Assembly: GCA_016870395.1 (NCBI GenBank)
Contig: VGBT01000003.1
Coordinates: 74,615 to 138,614 of the forward strand
DNA length: 64,000 nt
Source of the DNA: Actinomycetota bacterium
Lineage (GTDB): Bacteria; Actinomycetota; Acidimicrobiia; IMCC26256; JAENVU01
Reading direction: 5' to 3'
Made by a program: the position numbers and the translations under genes. Positions 23,595-33,324 of the stretch are shown here, in pieces; position 1 is the stretch's first letter, and every line of letters starts with the position of its first letter. The notes beneath the pieces are model-generated. The model was not told the origin of the DNA and ran no database searches. It saw only the letters and a program-made list of their open reading frames with translations.

Positions 23595-24572
23595 GTCCAC
23601 CGGCCAGACGTCGGTGACGTGCTCCCCGTCGATCACGTGCATGCGGTCGTGATAGGCGACGGTCGGGTCGACGTGGGCCGGCCACACGCGAATCCGGTCT
23701 CCGACGCGGACCGGCTCGTCGGGTCTGAACGTGAGGTGCTCGTCGGAGACGAGCCACACCTCGCCACCGTCGATCTCCGGGTCACCGTGGTCCATCCCGA
23801 GCGCCTTGAGCCCGCAGTCGACGACGGCGTGGCGTGCCGAGACGCTGATCACGGTCGTCTCCAACCAGAGCGCGGGTCGGAACGCCGGGATCATCGGAGC
23901 GAAGGCCGTGTCCATGAGCGCGTAGGAGCCGGCCTGGATCTCGGTGGCCCACTCGTTGAGGTCGTAGGTGCCGGTGGCGCCCGCCGAGACGACCTCGCCG
24001 CCGACGCTGCGGTGCGCTTCGAGCAGGAGCTCCATGGCCGCCTCGGTGGCACGGCGGCGCTCGTCGCGATCGGCGAACAGGTACACGTGTCCCTCGTAGC
24101 CCATGACGCCGCGGACCTCGAGACCGAGGGCACGGGCCTCATCCGCAAGACGTGGTGCGTCGGCCGGCGCACAGCCGCAGCGGGGGAGGCCGACGTCGAC
24201 ATCGACCAGCACTTCGCGAATGCCGTTGCGCGCCGCGGCCGCGATGGTCGCCGACGAGTCGACCGCAACGGTGACCCGCCCTTCGCAGTCGCTCATCGCC
24301 CGCAGGCGCGTGTCGTCGACCGTCTCGTTCGCGAGGAGCAGATCGTCGCCGAGCCCTGCGGCCGCCATGCCGACGATCTCCCGCGGGGTCGCGCAACTGA
24401 ACGCCCGGTGGCCGAGCTCGGCCTGTCGTTGCGCCAGCACCGTCGTCTTGTGCGCCTTGACGTGGGGGCGGCAACGCGCACCGGGCAACGTGACGGCCAT
24501 GTGGGCCAGATTCGCGCCAAGGGTCGCAGCGTCGACGACGAGTGCCGGAGTGGGGAGCTGGTGGCGGTTCAC
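23580..24572 (-). CDS. PLP fold-type III enzyme, DSD1/D-threonine aldolase-like
   Basis: TPALVVD, RPHVKAHK, GVMGYEGH, EIQAGSYALMD, SDEH, PAHVDPT. Confidence 0.88.
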   Translation of the reverse strand: MNRHQLPTPALVVDAATLGANLAHMAVTLPGARCRPHVKAHKTTVLAQRQAELGHRAFSCATPREIVGMAAAGLGDDLLLANETVDDTRLRAMSDCEGRVTVAVDSSATIAAAARNGIREVLVDVDVGLPRCGCAPADAPRLADEARALGLEVRGVMGYEGHVYLFADRDERRRATEAAMELLLEAHRSVGGEVVSAGATGTYDLNEWATEIQAGSYALMDTAFAPMIPAFRPALWLETTVISVSARHAVVDCGLKALGMDHGDPEIDGGEVWLVSDEHLTFRPDEPVRVGDRIRVWPAHVDPTVAYHDRMHVIDGEHVTDVWPVDLRGW

Positions 24573-24654
24573 GGCCGGGATGGGGGCCCGGCGCGGGCCC
24601 CGAGGCCGAGGAGGGGGTCCATCTGCGCGAGCATGGCACCCGAGAGGAGCGGCG

Positions 24655-25584
24655 TTGAGCGGCGAGGAGAGGGCACCGGGTTGGTACGCCGACCCCTGGG
24701 GCACCCAGGGGGAGCGGTACTACGACGGCACCGCCTGGGCGCGCACGACCCGACGCCCCGGCGGGCTCGACGACGCCCCCGATCGCCAGACCGCCCCGGC
24801 TCAGGCGCTCGCGGCGACCGGCGGCGAGGTGGGCGCCGGACAGGCCGCCGGGGCGTCGGGTCGTGCCCAGGTGCCCGTCGTCCCGCCCGGATGGCACCCC
24901 GACCCGTGGGGGACCGCGGCGCTGCGCTGGTGGGACGGCACCCGCTGGACCGGCCACGTGAGCGGAGTGGTCACGGTGCCGAGCCCGACCAGCGAGCGCG
25001 AGGCCTCACGTTGGGCACGGTTGGCGATGTTGTGGGCCGGCCCGGCGCTGGGCCTCTACGCGATCTCGAGCGCGTTCCAGGCCATCTGGATCGCTGAGCA
25101 CTGGGAGGAGATCTCGAACGACGGCGGTCGCATCCCGGACGGCGCGAGCACGTTCGCCTCCACCATGGGTCAGCTCGCGTTCCTGGCTCTCGGCGCGGCG
25201 GCCGTCATGTTCCTGATGTGGTTCTACCGCTCGGCCGCGTTCGCGGCGGCGAGCGGCCTCCCGGCGCGGCGGCGCAAGGGACTTGCCGTGGCTTCGTTCG
25301 TCATTCCGGTCGTCAACCTATGGTGGCCCTACCAGTCGACGTGTGACCTCCTGCCACAGGGTCACCCGGCGCGTCGGAAGGTGCTGCGCTGGTGGCTCTT
25401 GTGCCTGGGCTCGGCGGTGGCTGGGCTCGCGATCGTCGGCAGCGCGTTTGTCGACGACACGGTGCTGGCCGCCACGACGGCCGTGACGGTGGGCCTGGCG
25501 CTGTTCGCCGCCGTCGCTGCCAGAGACATGATCGTCTCGGTGGTCGCTGCGCACGGCGAGCTGTTGGTGCCGACGCGCATTTGA
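24655..25584 (+). CDS. Membrane protein with two DUF2510-like motifs and a DUF4328-like domain
   Basis: PGWYADP...RYYDGTAW, PGWHPDP...RWWDGTRWT, then FVIPVVNLWWPY; GAGGAG before TTG. Confidence 0.8.
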   Translation: MSGEERAPGWYADPWGTQGERYYDGTAWARTTRRPGGLDDAPDRQTAPAQALAATGGEVGAGQAAGASGRAQVPVVPPGWHPDPWGTAALRWWDGTRWTGHVSGVVTVPSPTSEREASRWARLAMLWAGPALGLYAISSAFQAIWIAEHWEEISNDGGRIPDGASTFASTMGQLAFLALGAAAVMFLMWFYRSAAFAAASGLPARRRKGLAVASFVIPVVNLWWPYQSTCDLLPQGHPARRKVLRWWLLCLGSAVAGLAIVGSAFVDDTVLAATTAVTVGLALFAAVAARDMIVSVVAAHGELLVPTRI

Positions 25585-25587
25585 CGG

Positions 25588-26355
25588 CTACCTACCGGTC
25601 CAGCGCGGCGCTCGCTTCTCCGCGAACGCCACGGCTCCCTCGATCGAGTCCTTCGACGCGAACACCTCGTTCGCGAGCTCGTAGTTGCGCGGCCACGCGT
25701 CCTCTTCACTGAGCTCACCGGCCTCGCGCACCATCTGCAGCGAGTTGCGCACGGCGAGCGGTCCGTTCACCGCGATGCGGTCGGCAAAGGCGATTGCCTC
25801 CTGCATCAACCGGTCGGGGGGTACGACCAGGTTGACCAGTCCCAGCTCGTGGGCGCGGCGGGCGTCGATCGGGTCGCCGGTGATCGCGATCTCGGTCGCG
25901 ATGGCGAGCGGGATCCGCTTGGGCAGGCGTAAGAGACCGCCCGCGGCGGCGAAGAGGCCCCGCTTGGCCTCGGGGAGTCCGAACGTCGCGTGGTCGGCCG
26001 CGACCACGAGGTCGCAGGCCAGCATGATCTCGAAGCCGCCCGCGAGCGCCGGCCCGTTGACCGCGGCGATGAGCGGCTTGGGGAACGCGCGGCGGATGAG
26101 GCCCGCGAAGTTGCCGCGCTCGGTTGCCATCTCGGCCCCGCGACCCTGGGCGATGAGTTTGAGGTCGGCGCCGGCGCTGAACGTCGGGCCCGCGCCGGTG
26201 ACGATGACCGCCTGTACCGTGTCGTCGGCCTCGAAGCCGTCGAGCGCGGCTTCCACGCCCTGGGCCAGATCCGCGTTGACGGCGTTGCGCGCCTCGGGAC
26301 GGTTGAGGGTGAGGATCCCCACGCCACCTCGCTGCTCGGTCAGGACCGCGGCCAT
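25588..26355 (-). CDS. Enoyl-CoA hydratase/crotonase family protein
   Basis: LNRPEARNA, FSAGADLK, ALAGGFE, FGLPEAKRGL, AFAEKRAP. Confidence 0.93.
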   Translation of the reverse strand: MAAVLTEQRGGVGILTLNRPEARNAVNADLAQGVEAALDGFEADDTVQAVIVTGAGPTFSAGADLKLIAQGRGAEMATERGNFAGLIRRAFPKPLIAAVNGPALAGGFEIMLACDLVVAADHATFGLPEAKRGLFAAAGGLLRLPKRIPLAIATEIAITGDPIDARRAHELGLVNLVVPPDRLMQEAIAFADRIAVNGPLAVRNSLQMVREAGELSEEDAWPRNYELANEVFASKDSIEGAVAFAEKRAPRWTGR

Positions 26356-26395
26356 GTGCTGTGCTCCCTTGTCGGAGGAGTGGAGGCTCCGGAGA

Positions 26396-27549
26396 CTAGG
26401 GCGCTTCGACGGCGCCTGCCGCTTCGCCGTGAAACGCGGCCGGGAGTGCGTCGAGCGCGTCGGCGAAGCGAGGCCGTACGGCTCGGGCGACGAGCAGAAC
26501 CGCGAGCATCCGCGACGCGGCCGCCACTGTGGTCTCCCGGAGGCCGACCGCGTGGGCCAGGGGTCCCTGGATCGCCAGCCCGACCGGATAGAGGACACCG
26601 AGGATCACGATGAGCAAGGACAGCACGCGGCCGCGAACCGCCGCGGGCGCCCGGAGCTGGGAGATGCTCGTGAAACTCGACACCGCGCCGAGGTAGAGGA
26701 ACCCTACGACGGCGACCGCGAGGCACGCGAGGAGGAGGGTCGGCATCAGCGCGTACACGACGAGGGCGGGAGGAAGACCCCAGAGCACGAAGAGCAGGAC
26801 TCGCCTGCTGGGGAAGTGTGTGGCGAGCGGACCGAGCGAGAGTGCCATCGCCACCGCCCCGACGCCCTGGGCCCTGACGGGCGCCGCCGTGGCGTTGGCG
26901 CCCGCGTCGAACACGAGCTGTGGCATCGCCGGGATCAGCCCGATGAACGGCGCGGCGAAGAAGGTGTTGCACAACAGGTAGCCGACGACGACTCGTAGCC
27001 CCGGGTCACGGCGCGTGTACACGACGCCGTTTCGGAACGCGCCAGCAGCGAGGTGCGGTCGTGGGGCGCGGGCGGAGGCAGTTGCAGCCCGGCCACCACC
27101 GCGATGACTGCGAAGCAGCTGAGGGCGTTCGATCCGAACGCCCAGGCGTAGCCGCCGATCCCGATGACGCCGCCCGCCAGTGCGGGACCGATCACGCGGC
27201 CCAGGTTCCACTGCGCGGACGACAGCGCGACCTCGCCGACGAGGTCCTCCTCGGGCACGAGGTCGGGGAGCAGCGTCTCGGTGAAGGTCGTGCCGAGCAG
27301 GAGCGGTGGACGAGAGAGCCAATCGGCCAGGACGCCGCCGAACCGTGAGACCAACCCACTCGGCAGGAACCCGGCAGCCGCGGCCAGAACGGTCCAGCCG
27401 CTGTTGCCCGTCCGTGCGGTGACGAGGATGCCCACTCCCACGGTCTTCATCCACGTGCCGATGTTCGACACGAACGCGCCCGTCCAGAGCATGGCGGACT
27501 TCGGTGTCGAGACGGCGCGAAGGAGCGGTTCAGGGTGCTGCCAGCGCAT
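26396..27549 (-). pseudogene. Frameshifted, internally shortened MFS transporter
   Basis: WTGAFVSNIGTWM and SAQWNLGRVIGPALAG in one frame; QLRAPAAVRGRVLS C-half in another, switching near 27040-27060. Confidence 0.75.
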
Positions 27550-27579
27550 CGCCCGCCTTTGCGATAACAATCTGGCGGG

Positions 27580-28404
27580 ATGCGTGCACGGGTAGGGCTC
27601 CTCTTCGCGGCGGTGGCGGCGCTCGCCGCCTGTGGTGCCGACAGCGACGCTGCGGGTCGCGGCGGCGAGCGCACGACGGCGAACCGCACGGCAAACGGGT
27701 CGTCGTCCTCCCCGACCATCGCGACCTCGACGTCACCGCCGACGTCACCGCCGACGTCACCGCCGACTTCACCGGCGTCCGCAGCGGTCCCGGACGGCGA
27801 CGACGCGGCGGTCAGCTCGGTCTCCGACGGCGACACGATCGTGCTCGTCGGAGGGACCCGGGTCCGTCTGATCGGCATCGACACCCCGGAGACGCGTCAC
27901 CCCAGCAAGCCGGTGCAGTGCTTCGGGGCGGAGGCGAGCGCGCACACCCGCTCGCTTCTCCCGGCCGGAACCGCGGTGCGCCTCGCCTACGACGTGGAGC
28001 GGTTCGACCGCTATCGGCGCACGTTGGCCTACGTGTACCGCCTGAGCGACGGCTTGTTCGTGAACGCGGCCCTCGTGCGTGAGGGCTACGCCCAGGCGTA
28101 CACCTATCCACCCAACGTCGCCCATGCCGACGAGCTCGTCGCGCTCGCCCGTGAGGCCCGTGAGGCAGGCCGCGGCCTCTGGAGCGGGTGCGCGGGGTTC
28201 GGCGCGCCTGCCGGCCCGCCGCCGAGCGTGGCCTCTGGTCCGGCCGCAGGAACCGGTTGTGATTCCGCCTATCCCGGAGTGTGCATCGCTTCGCCACCAC
28301 CGGATCTGGACTGCCCGCAGCTCAGAGAGCGCCGGTTCGCGGTGATCGCCCCGGACCCCCACGGCTTCGACCGCGACGGCGACGGTCTCGGCTGCGAGAC
28401 CTAG
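27580..28404 (+). CDS. Thermonuclease (SNase) lipoprotein with C-terminal Excalibur-like Ca-binding domain
   Basis: Lipobox LAAC, DGDT, VRLIGIDTPE, DRYRRTLAYV, DRDGDGLGCE. Confidence 0.88.
   Translation: MRARVGLLFAAVAALAACGADSDAAGRGGERTTANRTANGSSSSPTIATSTSPPTSPPTSPPTSPASAAVPDGDDAAVSSVSDGDTIVLVGGTRVRLIGIDTPETRHPSKPVQCFGAEASAHTRSLLPAGTAVRLAYDVERFDRYRRTLAYVYRLSDGLFVNAALVREGYAQAYTYPPNVAHADELVALAREAREAGRGLWSGCAGFGAPAGPPPSVASGPAAGTGCDSAYPGVCIASPPPDLDCPQLRERRFAVIAPDPHGFDRDGDGLGCET
27730..27777 (+). repeat. 12-bp in-frame tandem repeat (TSPP linker)
   Basis: ACGTCACCGCCG x3 plus one degenerate copy. Confidence 0.9.
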
Positions 28405-28405
28405 A

Positions 28406-28427
28406 GGCTGCGCCGGCAGGCGCAGCC
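28406..28427 (+). terminator. GC-rich hairpin after the nuclease gene
   Basis: GGCTGCGCC-GGCA-GGCGCAGCC; no U-tract. Confidence 0.45.
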
Positions 28428-28522
28428 GTGGGCCCGAGCGGCCCGGCGCCGAAGGCGCCATGAGCGAAAAACCGGTTCACCGACCGAACGGAGCTCGCGC
28501 TTCTCCGCGTACCCTGTAGCCG

Positions 28523-28801
28523 ATGACGGGGACACCGCGACCGAAGGGCCGCATCGTCGAGGCCGGGAACTTCCCGACCCGCTACGAGGCCGATGTCGCG
28601 ATCACCCTGCTGCGCGAGAACGACATCGAGGCGATGGGCAAGAACGGGGATGCCGACGGCTGGGCACCCCACTTCGCGCTTGTCGACGGCTACCGGGTGA
28701 TGGTGTTCGACGACGATCTCGATGCCGCACACGCGCTTCTGCGCGCGGCGGCGTTGGCTGAGGGTGATCCGGATCCCGACGCGGGGCCAGCGGCTCGCTA
28801 G
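28523..28801 (+). CDS. Small DUF2007-like protein
   Basis: FPTRYEADVAITLLRENDI...YRVMVFDDDLDAAHALL. Confidence 0.7.
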   Translation: MTGTPRPKGRIVEAGNFPTRYEADVAITLLRENDIEAMGKNGDADGWAPHFALVDGYRVMVFDDDLDAAHALLRAAALAEGDPDPDAGPAAR

Positions 28802-29480
28802 CCGTCGACCGGCTCGGCTCGGCGCGCGAAGCTGCCGAGGACGACGGTCTCCGGTCGCGCGTCGCCCTCCCAGGTCCACTCCGCGATCTGCGACAGCGCC
28901 CGGCGCCCGGTCGCGGCGCGCACCAGATCGAAACGATCGGTCCGAGCCGTGGCCGTGAATTCGTCCTTGCCGAACGTCGACTCGCCGGCCCCGCTGATGA
29001 CGCGCAGCCGGCCGACGCCCGCATGCCGTCGGGCTTCGGCGATCCGATCCCCGAGCCAGTCGAACGCGATCGCGATCAATTGGCTGTCGCGGGCGCCCGG
29101 CATCTCGAGCGCGTCGCGGCTGTCGTGCTCGTGGGTCGCGAGGTCGGCGATGAACTGCCCGGACACCGCCCCGAAGCTCGCGACCAGCGGCTCTACCTGG
29201 AGCGCGTCCGCCTCCGATGCAGTGAGCATCTCGTCGAAGAGCATGTCTCGCCGCGCGTCGACCTGGGCAGCGGTCCACGCGGCGGTCGCGACACCGTCGA
29301 CCCGACCGTTGAGGATGTCGTCCGGGATGCCCGCGAGGTGGGCGACGATGTCGCCCACGCGTCACTCGGGTGTCGCCGGGGCGATCGCGTCGATGCGGGT
29401 CTGATCGGCACGGTCGAGCACGGCTCGGATCCGAGCGCGCGACGCCGCGTAGGCGCGGCGTCGTCGGGCTGGTCGGTCAT
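28798..29480 (-). pseudogene. MDMPI/DinB-like pseudogene
   Basis: AYAASRARI...PATPE*RVGDIVAHL with TGA at 29362-29364 in place of the conserved Trp, plus a frameshift just after ATG 29480; DLATHEHD motif; paralog of 7594..8262. Confidence 0.75.
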
Positions 29481-29511
29481 CGGGCCTCCGGGGCCGGGGC
29501 GCCGCCTGACG

Positions 29512-30762
29512 CTACCGCCGCACCCGCTCGGCCGTCTCGCGGACGCGCGCCAGGACCTCTGGGACTCCTTCGACGTGGCGGTCCCGCATGAGCACCCGGC
29601 CGTCGACCACGACCGTGTCGACCGACGGGCCGGCTCCCGAGTACACCGCGGCGTCCAGGAAGGGTGCCGGGACGAGCTCGGGACGCTCCATGTCGACGAG
29701 GAGGAAGTCGCACGGCTCGCCCACCTCGAGCGGCGTCGCGCCCAGCGCCGGGGCGTGGCGACCGGTGACGATGTCCCATGCGTCTGGCGCGGGGAGCATC
29801 GCCGGATCACCGCTCGCGTGCTTCTGGAGCAGCGCCAGGGCCTTGATCTCGGCGAGCAGGTCGAGCGCGTTGTTGGAGGCCGCGCCGTCGGTGCCGAGCC
29901 CGATCGCGACTCCCGCGTCGCGCGCGTGTGGGTACGGGAACGCGCGACCGACCGCGAGCTTCATGTTCGACGACGGGTTCGTGACGATCGTCGCACCCCG
30001 CTCGGCGACGAGTGCGAGCTCGTCGGGCTCGAGCCAGACGCCGTGGGCGATGATCGTGCGTTCGTGCAGCGCGCCGAGGCGGTCGAGGTACTCGACGGGG
30101 CGGCACCCGTGCGCCGCGACGCAGTCTGTGACCTCTTGGCGGGTCTCCGCGAGGTGGATGTGAATCGGCGCGTCGTGCGCCGCCGAGAGGTCGGCCACGA
30201 GTCGGAGCGCGTCCTCGCTGACCGTGTAGATCGCGTGCGGCGAGAGCGAGCCGGTGATCCGGGATCCGAACTCATCTCGGAGCCGAGCCAGGCCTTCGGA
30301 GGCGTCTTGGGGGCGCGCGCCTTCGGGTGCGCCGTCGAACTCCAGGATCGGCTGGCCGACGGTGGACCGGATGCCCGCGTCGAGCACCGCGCGCGCGACG
30401 TCGTGCTGGTGCCAGTACATGTCCCAGAACCTGGTGGTGCCGGAGCGGATCATCTCGAGACAGGCGAGGCGGGTGCCCCAGTAGACGTCCTCGCCCGTGA
30501 GCTTCGCCTCGGCGGGCCAGATGCGCGTCTGGAGCCACTCCATCAGCGGGAGGTCGCCACCGTAGCCGCGCAACAGCGTCATGGCAGCATGCGTGTGGCC
30601 GTTGACGAGGCCGGGGCAGATCGCCATGCCGCGCGCGTCGAGGTGCTCGTCGCCGGCCTGTGACGCGACGCCCGGTCCGAGCTCGGTGATCGTCCCGTCG
30701 ACCGCCCGGAGGCCGACGACGGCGTCGTCGAGCCGGGCTCCGGTCACGGTCAGGGCCGTCAT
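29512..30762 (-). CDS. mtaD: Amidohydrolase, MTA/SAH deaminase-like
   Basis: PGLVNGHTHAAM, LEMIRSGTT, PHAIY, HIHLAE, SNMKLA, GTDGAASNN. Confidence 0.8.
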   Translation of the reverse strand: MTALTVTGARLDDAVVGLRAVDGTITELGPGVASQAGDEHLDARGMAICPGLVNGHTHAAMTLLRGYGGDLPLMEWLQTRIWPAEAKLTGEDVYWGTRLACLEMIRSGTTRFWDMYWHQHDVARAVLDAGIRSTVGQPILEFDGAPEGARPQDASEGLARLRDEFGSRITGSLSPHAIYTVSEDALRLVADLSAAHDAPIHIHLAETRQEVTDCVAAHGCRPVEYLDRLGALHERTIIAHGVWLEPDELALVAERGATIVTNPSSNMKLAVGRAFPYPHARDAGVAIGLGTDGAASNNALDLLAEIKALALLQKHASGDPAMLPAPDAWDIVTGRHAPALGATPLEVGEPCDFLLVDMERPELVPAPFLDAAVYSGAGPSVDTVVVDGRVLMRDRHVEGVPEVLARVRETAERVRR

Positions 30763-31472
30763 CGCGGGGCCTCGGCGAGCGCGGGGAGCACCGCGTCGAG
30801 GTCGGAGCACAGGCGGGACCGGTTCGCGGCGACGCCTTCCGAGTACTGCTCGAACGAGAGCGGCGTGGGTTCGATGCCGTTGGCCGGGTTGTCGACGACG
30901 CAGATCGCGGCGTAGGCGATCCCGGCCTCGCGGGCCAGGATGCACTCGGCCGCGATTGTCATGCCGACGAGGTCTCCGACCTGAGCGAGCGCGCGCACCT
31001 CGGCAGGCGTCTCGAAGCGCGGTCCCCGGGTCTGGGTGTAGATGCCGCCATCGAGGATCTGGGAGTCGGTGTGGGCGCGCCACGTGTCGATTACACGATG
31101 GCGCCAGGCATCGTCGAAGCCGGGCACGCTATGGCTCGACGCGTCGTCGAAAAGGGTCGGGTTCACGTCCGGTGCGTAGAAGTCGTCGGGGCACACCACG
31201 GTCCCGACCGGCCAGTCGAGGCGCAGGCTCCCCACGGAGGAGATCCCGAGCGCCCGGTCGCAGTCGGCGAGCATCAGCGCACGAACGTGGGACACGTGGT
31301 CGACCTCGTGGGCGCGCACGAAGCCGTTGCTGCCGTGACGCTCGAGGACGAGGTGGGTGCCGGCGTCGAACATCGTGATGCCGCCGTGCTCGACGCGCGC
31401 GGCGCCTGATCCGAACCGGCTGGAGCGCAACCCACTTCCCGCGATGACGGCGAGGCGTCCCATGCGCGCCAT
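30759..31472 (-). CDS. MTA/MTI phosphorylase family (PNP/MTAP)
   Basis: IAGSG, RHG, SSVGSL, GPRFETPAE, VGMT, VVDN. Confidence 0.88.
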   Translation of the reverse strand: MARMGRLAVIAGSGLRSSRFGSGAARVEHGGITMFDAGTHLVLERHGSNGFVRAHEVDHVSHVRALMLADCDRALGISSVGSLRLDWPVGTVVCPDDFYAPDVNPTLFDDASSHSVPGFDDAWRHRVIDTWRAHTDSQILDGGIYTQTRGPRFETPAEVRALAQVGDLVGMTIAAECILAREAGIAYAAICVVDNPANGIEPTPLSFEQYSEGVAANRSRLCSDLDAVLPALAEAPR

Positions 31473-31487
31473 CTTGGCACCTGCGGG

Positions 31488-32438
31488 TCAGCCCGACGCG
31501 AGCGCTCTCCACAGCGCGCGGTAGCTCGGGTATTCGAGGCCCGGTTGCACGTAGCCCGACCGGACGAGCTCCGCGTGCAGCGCCGGCAGCGACCGGAACG
31601 GCAGGCCGGCGTCGACGTGGTGTGCCAGGTGCAGGCCTGTGTGGTACGGGACGATCGTGAACCGGGCCGGCCACGACTGGCGCACGGAATGGGTGGTCTC
31701 GCGCCGGTCTGGCGACGCCTTGAGCCCGCCGTGCTCGGCGATGGCGCGCAGACGGTTCATCACCCGCCAGACGGTGTGCATCGGGAGCTGCCACAGGAAC
31801 AGGTACAGCCACGGGTGACCGGCGAGCAGGAACACCGCGAGGACGACGACCTGCACGCCGACGATGCTCCACGCCTGGCGGCGGGCCCCCGCGTCGTCGG
31901 CGCGGAGCCCGCGCAGCAGGCCCCGGGTCTGCTTCCAGCCGGTGATACCGAACGCATCGCGGGTCAGCTTGCGTCGCATCGAGTCAAGCGAAATCGGGTA
32001 GCCGCGGTAAAGGGGGATGTCGGGCTCGTCTTGCCCGAACTCCTCGCGGTGATGGGCCATGTGGCCGCGGCGGTACAGGTCGATCGGGACCATCACGGGA
32101 TACGCGATCAGCCACCTGCCGACGAGATCGTTCGCCTTCCGGTTCGCGAACAGGAGCCGGTGCGCGGCCTCGTGCATGAGGATGAAGAACCGGGCGAGCA
32201 CGGGCCCCATGAGGAGGAACGCGACGACCCAGGTGATCGGGTGGTCGATGCGAACTGCGATCGCGACGATCGCGACGGTCAGCGCGTACAGCAACGCGAC
32301 GTTGAGGGCGTTGCGCAACGACGGGATGCGGCGCAGCTGCTCGCGCAGTTCTGGCACCGGCTTGCCGGAAGGGGTAACCCGGCTGGCCGGGTCGGGAACG
32401 ACCAGCAGCTCGGGGTCCGGGAGCACGGTGGCGACCAT
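31488..32438 (-). CDS. Membrane fatty-acid desaturase family protein
   Basis: His boxes HEAAH, HMAHH, HLAHH plus AEH. Confidence 0.88.
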   Translation of the reverse strand: MVATVLPDPELLVVPDPASRVTPSGKPVPELREQLRRIPSLRNALNVALLYALTVAIVAIAVRIDHPITWVVAFLLMGPVLARFFILMHEAAHRLLFANRKANDLVGRWLIAYPVMVPIDLYRRGHMAHHREEFGQDEPDIPLYRGYPISLDSMRRKLTRDAFGITGWKQTRGLLRGLRADDAGARRQAWSIVGVQVVVLAVFLLAGHPWLYLFLWQLPMHTVWRVMNRLRAIAEHGGLKASPDRRETTHSVRQSWPARFTIVPYHTGLHLAHHVDAGLPFRSLPALHAELVRSGYVQPGLEYPSYRALWRALASG

Positions 32439-32447
32439 GACCCGATA

Positions 32448-32486
32448 CGTTACGATGATTACAGCATATGCAGCAATTACGTAACG
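32448..32486. promoter_or_regulatory. AT-rich imperfect palindrome between divergent desaturase and regulator
   Basis: CGTTACG...GCATATGC...CGTAACG. Confidence 0.55.
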
Positions 32487-33256
32487 CCTCCTGGGCGGTG
32501 CGGGCGCGCGACCCGATCGAGCGACCGCTGTCGGCCCGGTCCGTGATCGCGAGCCTCCTGCTTGGTCGCAGCCCGGCCCGGGCCTCGTCGGGCGACCTCG
32601 TGCGGTGGTGCGGTCTGTTCGGGATCGCCCCCGGCACGGCCCGCGTCGCGCTGCACCGGATGGTCGCGGCCGGCGAGCTCGACCGCGGCGAGCGCGCGTA
32701 CGAGCTGTCCGGGCGTCTTGCCGGTCGCCAGGAGGAGCAGCGCGCCGGACTCGCCGGGCAGACGCGGCGCTGGGACGGGGCCTGGCGGATGGCGGTCGTC
32801 ACGGCGGAGCGCCGACCCGCAGGAGCGCGCGCCGCGTTGCGTACCGGGCTCCGAGGGGCTCGCCTCGCCGAGTGGCGCGAGGGCGTGTGGCTCCGTCCCG
32901 ACAATCTGGATCTGGTTGAGGACCCGCGCTGCGAGTGGCTCGAGGTCGTCCCCGAGCGGGACCCCGTCGCGCTCGCGGCGGAGCTGTTCGCGCCCGCGGT
33001 CTGGGCGCGCCGGGCGCGCACCCTGGCCGCCAGCCTCGATGTGGTCACCGAGGAGCTCGCGGCGGGTGACGAGGGACTCGTGCGCGACGCCTTCGTCTAC
33101 GGCGCGGCCGCCGTTCGCCATCTGCGTGCCGACCCGCTGCTGCCCACCGCGCTCGTGCCGGCGGGCTGGCCGGGACGCGAGCTGCGTGACGGCTACCGGC
33201 GCTTCCAGCGCGCGTTCGACCGCGCCGCCCAAGACTGGTTTCGCACCACCCGCTGA
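32468..33256 (+). CDS. PaaX-family transcriptional regulator
   Basis: LSARSVIASLLLG, ARVALHRM, WDGAW, REGVWLRPDN, DPLLP...WPG; start may be GTG at 32498. Confidence 0.85.
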   Translation: MQQLRNASWAVRARDPIERPLSARSVIASLLLGRSPARASSGDLVRWCGLFGIAPGTARVALHRMVAAGELDRGERAYELSGRLAGRQEEQRAGLAGQTRRWDGAWRMAVVTAERRPAGARAALRTGLRGARLAEWREGVWLRPDNLDLVEDPRCEWLEVVPERDPVALAAELFAPAVWARRARTLAASLDVVTEELAAGDEGLVRDAFVYGAAAVRHLRADPLLPTALVPAGWPGRELRDGYRRFQRAFDRAAQDWFRTTR

Positions 33257-33264
33257 CGAACCCC

Positions 33265-33318
33265 CCGTTCTCGGCACGATTCGGGCCCTAATAGGGCCCC
33301 GAACGTGCCGAGAAACGG
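33265..33318. repeat. Intergenic hairpin repeat, family B copy 2
   Basis: CCGTTCTCGGCACGATTCGGGCCCTA-A-TAGGGCCCCGAACGTGCCGAGAAACGG. Confidence 0.8.
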
Positions 33319-33324
33319 TCGAGG

